Below are positions 31,758 to 41,223 of a stretch of 64,000 bases of DNA, piece by piece (position 1 is the first letter of the stretch; each line of letters opens with the position of its first letter). The translations under genes were made by a program, and so were the position numbers. This DNA comes from an uncultured Gemmataceae bacterium (GTDB lineage Bacteria > Planctomycetota > Planctomycetia > Gemmatales > Gemmataceae). The stretch is taken from assembly GCA_963750165.1 (NCBI GenBank), contig CAVVPN010000003.1, positions 1,504,001 to 1,568,000 on the forward strand. The letters run 5' to 3'. The notes under the pieces were generated by a model. The model saw only the letters and a program-made list of their open reading frames with translations, was not told where the DNA came from and did not search any database.

Positions 31758-32477
31758 ATGTGCCGCACGTCCTGGCAGAAGACCCTGGTTTCGGTCTGGT
31801 TGGTCACGGCGGCGGTCGCCGGCTGCACCGCTGAGTCGCAACAGCCGGGGCCGGCAACCAGGGAAGCGCCCGTCAAGAAAATCGCGGTGGGCAAGAACGT
31901 CTTCGTGGAAGTCGAAGACCGCAAGGTGGTCCGCGTCGTCGTCCAGGCTTATGTGTGCAACCGCACGTGCGACCTGGAGCATTTTCTCTGCCGCCGGCAC
32001 ACCAAGGAGCATGAGGCCATCCTGGCGGCCGACATGGACGCCCGGAACCTGCACACCGCCCTGCTGCTGGCCGGCGCCGAACCGGGTAAGCCCATCACCT
32101 TCCGACCGCAGCTAACTCCGCCCTCCGGGCCGGTTGTCAAAATCAGCCTGCTCTACCGGGACCAGCACGGCCAGCAGGTCCGGGTGCCCGCCCAGCAGTG
32201 GGTCCGCCACAACCAGACGAAAAAGCCCTTGCAGGCCGACTGGGTCTTCGTCGGCAGCGTCTTCATCCCCGACCCGCTCGACCCGACCAAACCGCCGTTC
32301 TACGCCGCCAACGACGGCAACGTCATCTGCATCGCCAACTTCGAGGACGCCCTGCTGGACCTGCCGATGCTGAGTTCGGCGAGCGAGAACGAATACGAGA
32401 CGCACACCGAGCGCATTCCGCCGGTGGACACGCCGGTGCTGGTGATCCTGGAGCCGATGCGGACGCGGCGGCATTGA
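31758..32477 (+). CDS. YdjY-like domain lipoprotein
   Basis: Lipobox VAGC; LEHFLC...KEHEAIL, WVFVGS, ICIANF motifs. Confidence 0.75.
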   Translation: MCRTSWQKTLVSVWLVTAAVAGCTAESQQPGPATREAPVKKIAVGKNVFVEVEDRKVVRVVVQAYVCNRTCDLEHFLCRRHTKEHEAILAADMDARNLHTALLLAGAEPGKPITFRPQLTPPSGPVVKISLLYRDQHGQQVRVPAQQWVRHNQTKKPLQADWVFVGSVFIPDPLDPTKPPFYAANDGNVICIANFEDALLDLPMLSSASENEYETHTERIPPVDTPVLVILEPMRTRRH

Positions 32478-32670
32478 CCGGGACGCGCGGTGTCCGTCGG
32501 ACGCGGCGGGGAGTGTGGCGCGGCTGGAGGTAGGGCGACGGGGCTGGTGGGTGAGTTTGCCACTTTGCCACAATTCAGCTATCCCACGACGTGGCCTTGT
32601 CCCGGACTGGCGGCAACTGGCACCGCGACTCCCGCCGCACACTGCACCAATACCACCCCGTCCCGGTGTG

Positions 32671-32727
32671 GGGAAGGGGTCGGGAATCGATTGACGCACC
32701 TACGCCAATCGACTCCCGACCCCTTCC
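32671..32727. repeat. REP-like hairpin
   Basis: GGAAGGGGTCGGGAATCGATTG...CAATCGACTCCCGACCCCTTCC. Confidence 0.7.
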
Positions 32728-32869
32728 GACTCCTGCGCCGCCGGCGCCCGGCTCTGATCCTGATGTACCGAAAACCGCAAGTGACAGCTGCCCTTGACGA
32801 TCGTTCGCCCTCGCCTCCATAATGGAGGTGGTTTAGCGTGCTTCGTAGCAGGACAACAGGACCGACAAT

Positions 32870-33217
32870 GTGGCCCGAAAAACCGACGCCGATGTAGTCC
32901 GCGAGGTGAGCGCGGCTGTCGATGCGGCCATTGAGAAAAATCGAAAAAGCGAGCGCCTGGTAATGGCCGCGCTGGTTGCTTTGTTCCTGCTGGGACTTGG
33001 GTTACTGGTCTTTGGGGCGTTCCTGGAGCGGTGGCAACTCCTGGTGCCCGGGGGAATCGTTCAAATAACGATCGTTTTTCCACTTCGACATCTGATTAAA
33101 TTGCGGGAAGAAAACGTCCGCTTGCAAATTTTGCCACAATTGATGCGGTTGGCCGACACCAGGGAAGCGAAATTGCTGGCGGCGAAGTTGGTGAAACGCC
33201 TTACCGAACGGTTTTAA
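32870..33217 (+). CDS. Hypothetical two-TM membrane protein (lower GC)
   Basis: Two hydrophobic helices; GTG start; 5 bp from the next ORF. Confidence 0.7.
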   Translation: MARKTDADVVREVSAAVDAAIEKNRKSERLVMAALVALFLLGLGLLVFGAFLERWQLLVPGGIVQITIVFPLRHLIKLREENVRLQILPQLMRLADTREAKLLAAKLVKRLTERF

Positions 33218-33222
33218 TTTCC

Positions 33223-33573
33223 ATGACCAAGGCGACGCGCGAAGCCCTGTTGCAGGTAGACCAAATCCTTCACGAAGCAGGGTGGGATCAACCTCCCCCC
33301 CAACCGCCGGCGCTCACGGAACAGAATTTGGAGGCCATGCGCCTCGCTTACCAGACCCTCTTGCGCAGCGACTACTTCGAGATCTTGCAGAACACGCTCG
33401 GCAAAGGGGCGACCATTCAAGAGGCCAGCCGCTCCCTGGGCATCACGGAAGAAGCCGCCGAAAAATTGTTCGTGGAAGCCATTAATCGGCTCAGCGACTT
33501 TGTGGAAGTGTCAGATGAACAAGGACTGGTGGCGGGCTCCCCGACCGAAACTGCCACCCCGATGGGCCGCTAA
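33223..33573 (+). CDS. Protein with a sigma70 region-4-like HTH only
   Basis: AYQTLLRSDYFEILQNTLGKGATIQEASRSLGITEEAAEKLFVEAINRL resembles the region 4 pattern; no region 2. Confidence 0.6.
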   Translation: MTKATREALLQVDQILHEAGWDQPPPQPPALTEQNLEAMRLAYQTLLRSDYFEILQNTLGKGATIQEASRSLGITEEAAEKLFVEAINRLSDFVEVSDEQGLVAGSPTETATPMGR

Positions 33574-33595
33574 AAGATCGCCCCGGAAAGCACCC

Positions 33596-33799
33596 ATGAT
33601 CGCAACCCCTCGCTTGCTCTGTCAGTACGCCGACCTGCTCGCCACCGGCGGTCCCGAATCGCCCGAGGCAGCGGCTTTCCTGGACCGGCACCGCGATGAC
33701 GCAGAGTTCCTGCGATTGGCTGTTGTTTCCAGGGCTTTGTGCAGTCACCTCCAGCGCCCCCTTTCCCATCACCTTTATTCGGCAGAGGCTGTTGGATAA
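33596..33799 (+). CDS. Small hypothetical protein (67 aa)
   Basis: ATG after GGAAAG; helical MIATPRLLCQYADLL...FLDRHRDDAEFLRLA. Confidence 0.5.
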   Translation: MIATPRLLCQYADLLATGGPESPEAAAFLDRHRDDAEFLRLAVVSRALCSHLQRPLSHHLYSAEAVG

Positions 33800-33943
33800 C
33801 AATTACCGACCTCTGCCGCCGCGGCAAGTCCTGGGAGAATAATTTGGTGAAGTAGTACATGTCATGCTGTGGGCCGCATGGCACCGCATGCCACTTGAGC
33901 CTGCGCTGCGTTCGGAGCACTTCCCGTTTCTGGAGATCCCCCC

Positions 33944-34657
33944 ATGCCGCTGCTGGATCACTTCCACCCGCCGCTGTACCCGCAGCGCTCCTGGGAATCG
34001 TTTCACTCGCGCTGGGCCAATTCCATCGCCGACGCCCTGCAGAACACGCTGCCGCCGCGATACGTCGCCGAGGTGCAAATCCACCTCGGCAGCCGCGTCG
34101 AAGCGGACGTGGCGGAGTTCGAGCAGACGAACGTGCCGCCCGGAAATGGTTCGGCCGGCGGCGTGGCCTTGCAGACCTACGCTCCGCCCGCGGCGGCCTT
34201 CGTGCTGCCGGCGGTTTTTCCCGATGACCTGGAAGTCCAGGTACTGGACCAGCGCGACGACGCCCGGCTGGTGGCGGTCGTGGAGCTGGTCAGCCCGCGC
34301 AACAAGGACCGTGGCGAAGCCCGGCGGGCGTTCGCGGCGAAGGGCGCAGCCTATCTCCAGCGCGGCGTCGGCGTCCTGGTGCTGGACATCGTGGCGAGCC
34401 GCGGCGGCAACCTGCACAACGAGTTGATCGGCCTGCTGAACGCCGGTCCTTTCCAGCTGCCACCGGACGTGGATCTCCATGCCGTGGCGTATCGCCCGTC
34501 CCGGCGGGCGGACACGGACGGCGTTGACGTGTGGCCGGCATCGCTGACGCTGGGGGCCATGTTGCCGACGATGCCGCTGGGCGTCCGCGGCCTTGGGCTG
34601 GTGCCGGTCGATCTGGAAGCCACCTACAGCGACGCACGCCAGCGCAGCCGGCTTTAA
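33944..34657 (+). CDS. DUF4058 family protein (PD-(D/E)XK-like)
   Basis: MPLLDHFHPPL...WESFHSRW, VELVSPRNKDR, DLEATY. Confidence 0.85.
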   Translation: MPLLDHFHPPLYPQRSWESFHSRWANSIADALQNTLPPRYVAEVQIHLGSRVEADVAEFEQTNVPPGNGSAGGVALQTYAPPAAAFVLPAVFPDDLEVQVLDQRDDARLVAVVELVSPRNKDRGEARRAFAAKGAAYLQRGVGVLVLDIVASRGGNLHNELIGLLNAGPFQLPPDVDLHAVAYRPSRRADTDGVDVWPASLTLGAMLPTMPLGVRGLGLVPVDLEATYSDARQRSRL

Positions 34658-34825
34658 CAGCACAGCCTCCCACGGAAAAAGCGGTCCCTCCGGTCGCTGA
34701 CGCTCCCGGCTCGCCTCAATTCAACGGCGCACCCTACCCGGATTGATTTTTCAAATCGAACTGGCTATCCGGCTGCGAAACAGCCGATGGTTCCTCTGGC
34801 TTATTTCCGCACTGAGGTTTCGAGT

Positions 34826-35026
34826 ATGCCCACCCGAAAGCTACTGGTTCTGATGCTGTTGGCAGTCTGCGCGTCCTTCGCAGGTTGTGCGAACGACGGG
34901 GACAGTCACTATGACGATATGAACACCCTGTGGAAACAGGGATATGGGTACAACAACCCGAACTTGGACCGCGCTGCCAAGGGGCTGCCGCCTCAAAATT
35001 TCGACGGCACCATCTCAAAACGGTAG
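34826..35026 (+). CDS. Small lipoprotein
   Basis: Lipobox FAGC; WKQGYGYNNPN; RBS GAGG. Confidence 0.65.
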   Translation: MPTRKLLVLMLLAVCASFAGCANDGDSHYDDMNTLWKQGYGYNNPNLDRAAKGLPPQNFDGTISKR

Positions 35027-35047
35027 TGCGGATCGGCTCGGCTCCAA

Positions 35048-37208
35048 TCAGTCCACGTACGGGTCGGCGCCCAAATCCTTCAAAATCTCCAGCCGCTGCC
35101 GCTCGTACAGCATCAGGTCCACGCGCTGCTTGTAGTGACGGCCTTCCACGCGCCGCTGGGCGCGGATGAACAGCGGCTGATAACCGTTCCAGTCGCCGCT
35201 CGTGTCGTCGCCGGCGCGCTTGCCGCGCGCTTTCAGCGACTCCTGCCGGTTCGGGCCCAGGCCCTCCAGCAGTTCGTCGTCCAGCGACAGATAAAATTGA
35301 CTGCTGCCCGGGTCGCCCTGACGGCCGGCACGGCCGGCCAGCTGACGGTCGATCCGCCGGGCCTCGTGCCGCTCCGTCCCGATCACGTGCAGGCCGCCCA
35401 GCTCCTTCACCTGCTGCCGGGCTTCATGAAGCCGCTGCCGCTCCTCGATGCCGTCCACCGTCTCCTGCCATTCGTGCGGCGGCACGTCGCTGCGCTGGTG
35501 GTACTTCGCCTTCAGCAGCGACCACGCCAGCGTCTCGGCGTTGCCGCCCAGGATGATGTCGGTACCGCGGCCGGCCATGTTGGTCGCGATCGTCACCCCG
35601 CCGAGCCGGCCCGCCTGGGCCACGATGTCCGCTTCCTTGTCGGCGTAGTCCGGCTTGGCGTTCAGCACCTGATGCGGGATGCCCGCTTCGCGCAGCCGCC
35701 GGCTCAACTTTTCCGACTTGTCCACCGTGCGCGTGCCCACCAGCACCGGCCGGCCCGCCTCATGCAGCGTCTTGATCGACTCCACCACCGCGTCGAACTT
35801 CGCGTTCTCGTTCGGGAAGACGCGATCCGGCAGGTCCTTGCGGATGCAGGCCCGGTTGGTCGGCACGCACACCACCCAGATTTTGTACACCCGGCGGATT
35901 TCGAGCCAGTTCTGCGCCGCCGTGCCGGTCATGCCGGACAGCTTCTTGTACAGCCGGAAGTAGCGCTGGAAGGTGATCTGGGCGGCGTGGTCGGCGGCCT
36001 TGTTGATCGGCACGCCCTCCTTGGCCTCGACTGCCTGGTGCAGCCCCTCGCGCCAGTGGCGGTCGGGCATACGGCGGCCGGTCGATTCGTCGATGATGAC
36101 CACCTTGCCGTTCTCGACCATGTAATGCTGGTCGCGGCGGAAGCGGTAGTGCGAGTGCAGGGCGCGCTCGACGTGCTCGTGCAGTTTGTCCATCGCGTGC
36201 GAGTGCTCGCCCGTCGGCGGGTTCGAGCAGCGCACCTGCTGTTTGCCCTCTTCGGTCAACTCGATCTTCTGCTTCTTCTCGTCCAGCTCGAAATGCTGGT
36301 GCGGCTTCATGAGCATGGCCAGCTGGTTGGCCCAGTGGTAGACGACCTGCTCCTCCTCGGTGGCCACGCGGGTGCCGCCGCTGATGATGAGCGGCGTCTT
36401 GGCCTCGTCGATGAAGATGTTGTCGGCCTCGTCCACCAGGGCGTAATGGTGCGTGCGCTGCACTTTCGGGTCGAGCGGCTTGTCGAACATCTGGCCGGTC
36501 TGCACCCACGGCGCCCAGAACGGCATGGACTGGCCCTTGTCGCCGGCGATCTTCAGGCGGTCGCGCAGGAAGTCGAAACCGAACTCCGCAGCGGTGCCGT
36601 AGGTGATGTCGGACTTGTAAGCCCGCGCCCGGTCCTGGTCGGCCATCTGCTGCTGAATGACGCCGACGCTCAGGCCGACGGCGCTGTAGATGGCGCCGGT
36701 CCACTCGGCGTCGCGGCGGGCCAGGTAGTCGTTGACGGTGGTGACGTGAACGCCCTTGCCCTCCAGGGCGTTCAGAGCGGCCGGCAGCGTGGCCACGAGC
36801 GTCTTGCCTTCGCCGGTGGCGACCTCGGCCAGGGCACCGCGGTGGATGATGACGCCGGCCGCCGAGCTGCACGTCAAAGGGCCGCATGCGCATCATCCGC
36901 CAGGTGGCGGTGCAGACCAGGCCGAACATCTCGGGCAGTAACTTTTCCAGGGTCTCGCCGCCGCGAGCGCGGCCGCGTAGCTGCTGGCCGCGCAGCTTGA
37001 GTTCGGCGTCGCTGAGGCGGTTATATTCCTGTTCCCAGTGACGGATTTTCGGGATTTGCAGGGCCGCATAGGCCAGGCGGCGCCGCGACGGCGGGCCGAA
37101 CAGGGACAGCAGCAGGTTTTTGCCGTGGCCGCCCATCCGGCCGGCGATGTTGCCGATCTTCGGGGCCGCGACCTGCGGGGTGGTGGTAGCGTGCTCGATG
37201 GTTGCCAA
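35048..37208 (-). CDS. secA2: SecA paralog (short, SecA2-like); frameshift near 36864
   Basis: RPFDVQL, TGEGKTL, VNDYLARRD, DEAD, ATNMAGRGTDI, RRIDRQLAGRAGRQGDPG; lacks the C-terminal wing/scaffold; TTG start inferred. Confidence 0.85.
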
Positions 37209-37332
37209 GGGACCTACCCGTGCGAGTGGGTTGAGGCGACACCCCGGCCGACGCCGAGGCGACGCGAGAAACACCAGGGTTAGCGTACCAGATTATTGTA
37301 CGACCGGTGAAGGGAGTTTTTGGCGTGGGGAC

Positions 37333-37490
37333 AAAAAAACCGACCGGCTCGCTGTACCACCTCTCCCATGGCCAGTGCGAACCGATCGGCAAAAATAAAG
37401 CGGGCGACGCGGAATGATGGCGGAAAGAAGACCAGGCCGGCTCGCTGTACCACCTCTCCCATGGCCAGTGCGAGCCGGCCGGCTTCCGTA
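37333..37490 (-). ncRNA. Candidate small RNA with two hairpins presenting GGGAGAG loops
   Basis: 37-bp direct repeat (37344-37380, 37437-37473), each closed by a different outer stem; U7 tract after the last hairpin. Confidence 0.5.
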
Positions 37491-37500
37491 CCACCCTAAT

Positions 37501-37517
37501 CGCAAGTCCCGGACCAA
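37501..37517 (-). promoter_or_regulatory. Putative sigma54 -24/-12 promoter
   Basis: Minus strand TTGGTCCGGGACTTGCG (GG-N10-GC); predicted +1 near 37490 coincides with the start of the hairpin RNA. Confidence 0.55.
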
Positions 37518-37740
37518 TGCCCGTTTTTTTCGCAAGGAATCGCGGCTGCGGCCCGAACACTTTATCAATCACCTATTTGCGATGCTTGCAAGAGACAGCG
37601 GGTTTTCGCGTCCCGTGGGAAGATCGGGGACGGACGCCACAAGGATGTGCGGGGGATGCTTAAAGCGCTGGCAACCGGAGGGGAATCTACACGGTTTGTT
37701 CGCAGTGTCCGCGCGAAACGTAAACGGGTCCCGCGCACCT

Positions 37741-38028
37741 TCACGCCGGGAAGAGATCGCGGTTGCAGATGACGGGGTTCCAGGGCCGCAGCTTCCACGA
37801 GACAAAAATGCCGGCCTGGTGGAACGGATCACCCTTGAGGATGGCTTCGGCCTCCTCGGCGCTGGCGGCCTCGTAGACGATGAGGGCGCCGCTGTCGTCG
37901 GTGAACGGGCCGGACGCCGCCAGCTGACCGTTCTGCTTGAGCGTCGCCAGGTACTGGCGATGCGTCGGCCGCACCTGGGCGATCCTGTCCCGGTCCTGGA
38001 TGTACTCGATGATGGCCGCGAATTTCAT
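37741..38028 (-). CDS. YciI family protein
   Basis: RPTHRQYL...SGPF.DDSGALIV...DPF at the C-terminal end of ORF 37741-39063. Confidence 0.9.
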   Translation of the reverse strand: MKFAAIIEYIQDRDRIAQVRPTHRQYLATLKQNGQLAASGPFTDDSGALIVYEAASAEEAEAILKGDPFHQAGIFVSWKLRPWNPVICNRDLFPA

Positions 38029-38669
38029 GAGCGCATCTCCATAATGGCCTCGTCCACCGGGGTCGGCGCGGGGGCCGCGGCGAACACCGTGCGCGTCAGC
38101 CAGGCGTGGGCGCCGAACAGGATCGCGCTGAAGAGCAGATCGCCGGCGAAGGTGCCTCGGTAGAACGGCACACCCGCCGCATAGCAAGCCCACAGGCCGC
38201 TCAGAGTGGCCGGGTAGCTGTGCGGGCTGTCCGGCGTCGCCACCGAGGTCAGCCAGACGCCCAGGTTGCTGACGAGGAAGAACTGGACGCTGCCAGCCAG
38301 GGCCGCCCCGCCGACGGCGAAGGGGTTTTCGGTATCGGCCAACCACCGCCCCAGCAAGACGTTGAGCAGGAAACTGCCGTAGACGAACGGCATTGCCGGA
38401 TAAAACAGGCCGTAACCGAAGTGCTGGGCCACGAGCACATCGGTGAGGAACAGCAACAACGGGGGTAGCGCGAACGCCTGCCAGGACCGGAGGCGCGCCC
38501 CGGCGAACAGGGCCAGGGCGCCGACCGGCGTCAGGTTCCAGGGCGTCGGAATCAGTTTGAGCCGCAGCAGCACCGTCAGCACGCAGGCGGCGAGGATCAG
38601 CGCCAGCGTCAACGGCTGCCAGGATCGGGCAGCGGTGGTGTCGAGAGGGTTTGGTTTCATGGTGCTCAT
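38025..38669 (-). CDS. DUF6580 family putative transporter (BtuM/ECF S-component-like)
   Basis: WNLTPVGALALFAGA, FFLVSNLGVW, CYAAGVPFYRGT..GDL. Confidence 0.8.
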   Translation of the reverse strand: MSTMKPNPLDTTAARSWQPLTLALILAACVLTVLLRLKLIPTPWNLTPVGALALFAGARLRSWQAFALPPLLLFLTDVLVAQHFGYGLFYPAMPFVYGSFLLNVLLGRWLADTENPFAVGGAALAGSVQFFLVSNLGVWLTSVATPDSPHSYPATLSGLWACYAAGVPFYRGTFAGDLLFSAILFGAHAWLTRTVFAAAPAPTPVDEAIMEMRS

Positions 38670-38693
38670 GATAGGCCGCTCCTGGAGGTTTGT

Positions 38694-38741
38694 CCCCGTT
38701 TACGTTTCGCGCGATTTCAGTTGCGCGAAACGTAAACGGGG
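38694..38741. repeat. Palindrome family CCCGTTTACGTTTCGCGC...GCGCGAAACGTAAACGGG
   Basis: Same arms at 59076-59120; half-copy at 37711-37728. Confidence 0.85.
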
Positions 38742-38750
38742 AGACATCCC

Positions 38751-39752
38751 CTACTTGCCCAGCTTCACGAACGCCGCGTAATGCTGGGCCACCTGGCCGC
38801 TCTGGGCGTCGCCGCTGTGCAGCAGGATGCCGTAGCGCAACCGTAAGTGCTCGCCTTTCGCCAGGCGCACGAGGTCCTTCTGGCCCTTGACCGCCGGGAA
38901 CTTCGACTGGGCGCGGCCGAACGGGTTGGCCGCCATCAGGCCGTAACCGCGGCTGTGCCAGGCCGCGGCGAAGGCGTTGTTCGGGTCGTCGAAGATGGCG
39001 ATACCGGCCGTCTTGCCGCCGATGTCGCCGGAGTAGTCGCACCACGCGGAGCGCTGGCCCCAAACTTCCTTCTCGCCCTTCTTGCCCTCAGCGTTCTCCA
39101 GCTGCCCTTTGCCGCCGGCGGCGCGGATGGCGTCGTTGACGCGCACGCCCAGCGATCCCTCCTTGGTGTCGCCGAAGGTGATCGGGCAGACGCTGGCATG
39201 CAGATCGATGTCCAGCACGAGCAGCCGGGCCTTGCCGAAATTGAAGAACTGCAGCGTGCGGTCCTCGTCCATGATCTTGGTGCCGTCAGCGGTGCGCCAT
39301 TCGTTGTGCGTCTTGACGCTCGCCCGCCGGCCCTGGATCTGCGGCACGTTCACGGAGGTGCAGAAGATCTTGCCGTGGCCCTTCGCCTCCGACCAGAAAT
39401 CGACGCCCGTGACGCCCTTGATCTTGTCCTTGACGACGATGCCCTCGGGGATCACGTCGCCGTGGCAGAACCACGCGGACTTCTGATGTGGGTGGTCCTT
39501 GGTGACGGCGTTGTCCTTCTCCATCGGCCAGGCGCGGGTGACGACAACGCCGCCGGGGGCCGTGAGCGGCCAGAAGTACGGCTTGGGCACCACCGTCGGA
39601 TCGATGAGGTAACGGGCGGCGAGTTCGTCGCCGACCAGGAAATCGATGTGGCCCTTGCCCATCTTGACGTGGACCGGCGTCTTCTCGTCGCCGGTGTTGG
39701 CGGCGGGCAGCGCCAGCCCCAGCAGGGCCAATGGTAGCAGAAACATCTTCAT
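38751..39752 (-). CDS. DUF6807 (PmoA-labelled) secreted protein
   Basis: KPYFWPL, DHPHQKSAWF.HGDV, FGDTKEG, WCDYSG, WHSRGYGLMAANPFG. Confidence 0.85.
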   Translation of the reverse strand: MKMFLLPLALLGLALPAANTGDEKTPVHVKMGKGHIDFLVGDELAARYLIDPTVVPKPYFWPLTAPGGVVVTRAWPMEKDNAVTKDHPHQKSAWFCHGDVIPEGIVVKDKIKGVTGVDFWSEAKGHGKIFCTSVNVPQIQGRRASVKTHNEWRTADGTKIMDEDRTLQFFNFGKARLLVLDIDLHASVCPITFGDTKEGSLGVRVNDAIRAAGGKGQLENAEGKKGEKEVWGQRSAWCDYSGDIGGKTAGIAIFDDPNNAFAAAWHSRGYGLMAANPFGRAQSKFPAVKGQKDLVRLAKGEHLRLRYGILLHSGDAQSGQVAQHYAAFVKLGK

Positions 39753-39803
39753 GTGCAACATCCTCCCGGGTGAAGCGCTTCGTTCGTGGTACCGCCTTCA
39801 GTT

Positions 39804-41180
39804 TTACTCCGGCAGCGGTTGGCCGCGCGTCTCGGGGCACCAGAGCAGCAGCAGCGCCCCGACCAGAAACAGGCCGCCGAGCACCAGCATCGCGCCCGGC
39901 AGCGCCTCGCCCGGCGTCCACCCCTCGCGCACCAGATCGCGTTGCAACAGCGCGAACAGCAACAGCACCGGGATGACCACGAGCCGTGCCACGTTGAAGC
40001 AGAAGCCCGCTCCGGTGCCGCGCAGCCGTGTCGGGTACAGCTCCGGGAAGTAGATGGCATAGCCGGCGTGCATGCCCAGCGTGAAGTAGCCGAAGACCGG
40101 CAGCACGAACAGCAGGGCGGTCAGCGACTGCGCCAGCAGGGCCACGACGACGACCATCACGAAGCCGAGCAGGTGAAACAGTGCGAAGGCGCCGCGCCGC
40201 CCGAAGCGCTGGCTGAGCGGCGCGAACGACAGCAGCCCGGCACCGCCGCCAGTGGTCACCAGAAACATCCCGAGCATTTCGTACTGGCTGAGGTACCGTT
40301 TGACGCCCTCGGCGTCCAGCGTGGTCCCCTGCGCTTTCAGGTCCGTCTCGGCCGCGTCGCGCAGCACGTCCTTACCTCGGAAGTGGGCGCCCCAAAAGGT
40401 CGCCAGGCCGATGATCGCCAGACCAGTCGCCAGCAGCGTGTGCCGCCGCAGCGAACCGGCGCGGAACAACTCCGACAGCCGGCCGAGCTTCTGCGTCCGA
40501 TCCGCGACGGCCCGGGCCCGCGCCTCGCGCCAGCTCTCCGGTTCGGCCATGCCGACGCGAATCCACAGGATGAGCAGCGCCGGCACGATGCCCAGCAGAA
40601 AGCCGACGCGCCAGCCGACATCCGCGGCGAACAGGTTGACGAACAGCCCCCCCGCGACGGCGAGAAAGGTGCCGAGCACGGAGGAGGCGTGGAAGATGCC
40701 GGAGGCCGCGGCGCAGGCGCGCGGCGGGAACATCTCCGCGACGGCCGCCGCCGCCACCGCCCACTCGCCGCCGACGCCGAGGCCGACCAGGAAGCGCAGT
40801 ACGGTCAACTGCCAGACATCCTGGGCCAGGGCGGAGACGCCGGTGAAGACGGAGTAAATGGCGATGGTGACGGCCATCGTCGAACGGCGGCCCCAGCGAT
40901 CCGCGAGCATGCCGAACGCGACCCCGCCCAGGGCGCCTCCCGCCAGGAAGGCGCCGATGCCGACGTAGACAAAAAATTCCCGGGTGCTGCGGTCCGCGGG
41001 CAGGTCTGCGTTGGCGAGGAGTATCGGCAGCATCTGATTCATGAGCGAGCCAAAGAGCTGGCCCTCGAAGATGTCGAAGACCCAGCCGGCCGACGCGATG
41101 GCCAGCACCAGCCACTGGGCGCGGGTGACGCCCTGATACCAGGGGCCGGTTGCGGGCGCGGCGGGAGCGGGGGTGCCCAT
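39804..41180 (-). CDS. MFS transporter
   Basis: GWVFDIFE, ADRWGRR, GLGVGGEW, ELYPTRLRGTG; about 12 TM helices. Confidence 0.93.
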   Translation of the reverse strand: MGTPAPAAPATGPWYQGVTRAQWLVLAIASAGWVFDIFEGQLFGSLMNQMLPILLANADLPADRSTREFFVYVGIGAFLAGGALGGVAFGMLADRWGRRSTMAVTIAIYSVFTGVSALAQDVWQLTVLRFLVGLGVGGEWAVAAAAVAEMFPPRACAAASGIFHASSVLGTFLAVAGGLFVNLFAADVGWRVGFLLGIVPALLILWIRVGMAEPESWREARARAVADRTQKLGRLSELFRAGSLRRHTLLATGLAIIGLATFWGAHFRGKDVLRDAAETDLKAQGTTLDAEGVKRYLSQYEMLGMFLVTTGGGAGLLSFAPLSQRFGRRGAFALFHLLGFVMVVVVALLAQSLTALLFVLPVFGYFTLGMHAGYAIYFPELYPTRLRGTGAGFCFNVARLVVIPVLLLFALLQRDLVREGWTPGEALPGAMLVLGGLFLVGALLLLWCPETRGQPLPE

Positions 41181-41223
41181 GCGTCGGGGTCCTTTCGGAG
41201 TGCGGTCGGGCTTCCCAGCGAGG

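Noticed and set aside
37344..37473. Mini CRISPR (37-bp repeat twice)
   Set aside because: Only two copies with a 56-bp gap, the flanks extend the hairpins, and no cas genes; an RNA structure explains it better
38670..38750. Cobalamin riboswitch before the DUF6580 transporter
   Set aside because: The short gap is filled by a palindromic repeat; no B12-box motifs seen
38751..39752. Methane monooxygenase subunit
   Set aside because: Soluble secreted protein of the DUF6807 type, often mislabelled PmoA; no TM helices and no pmoCB
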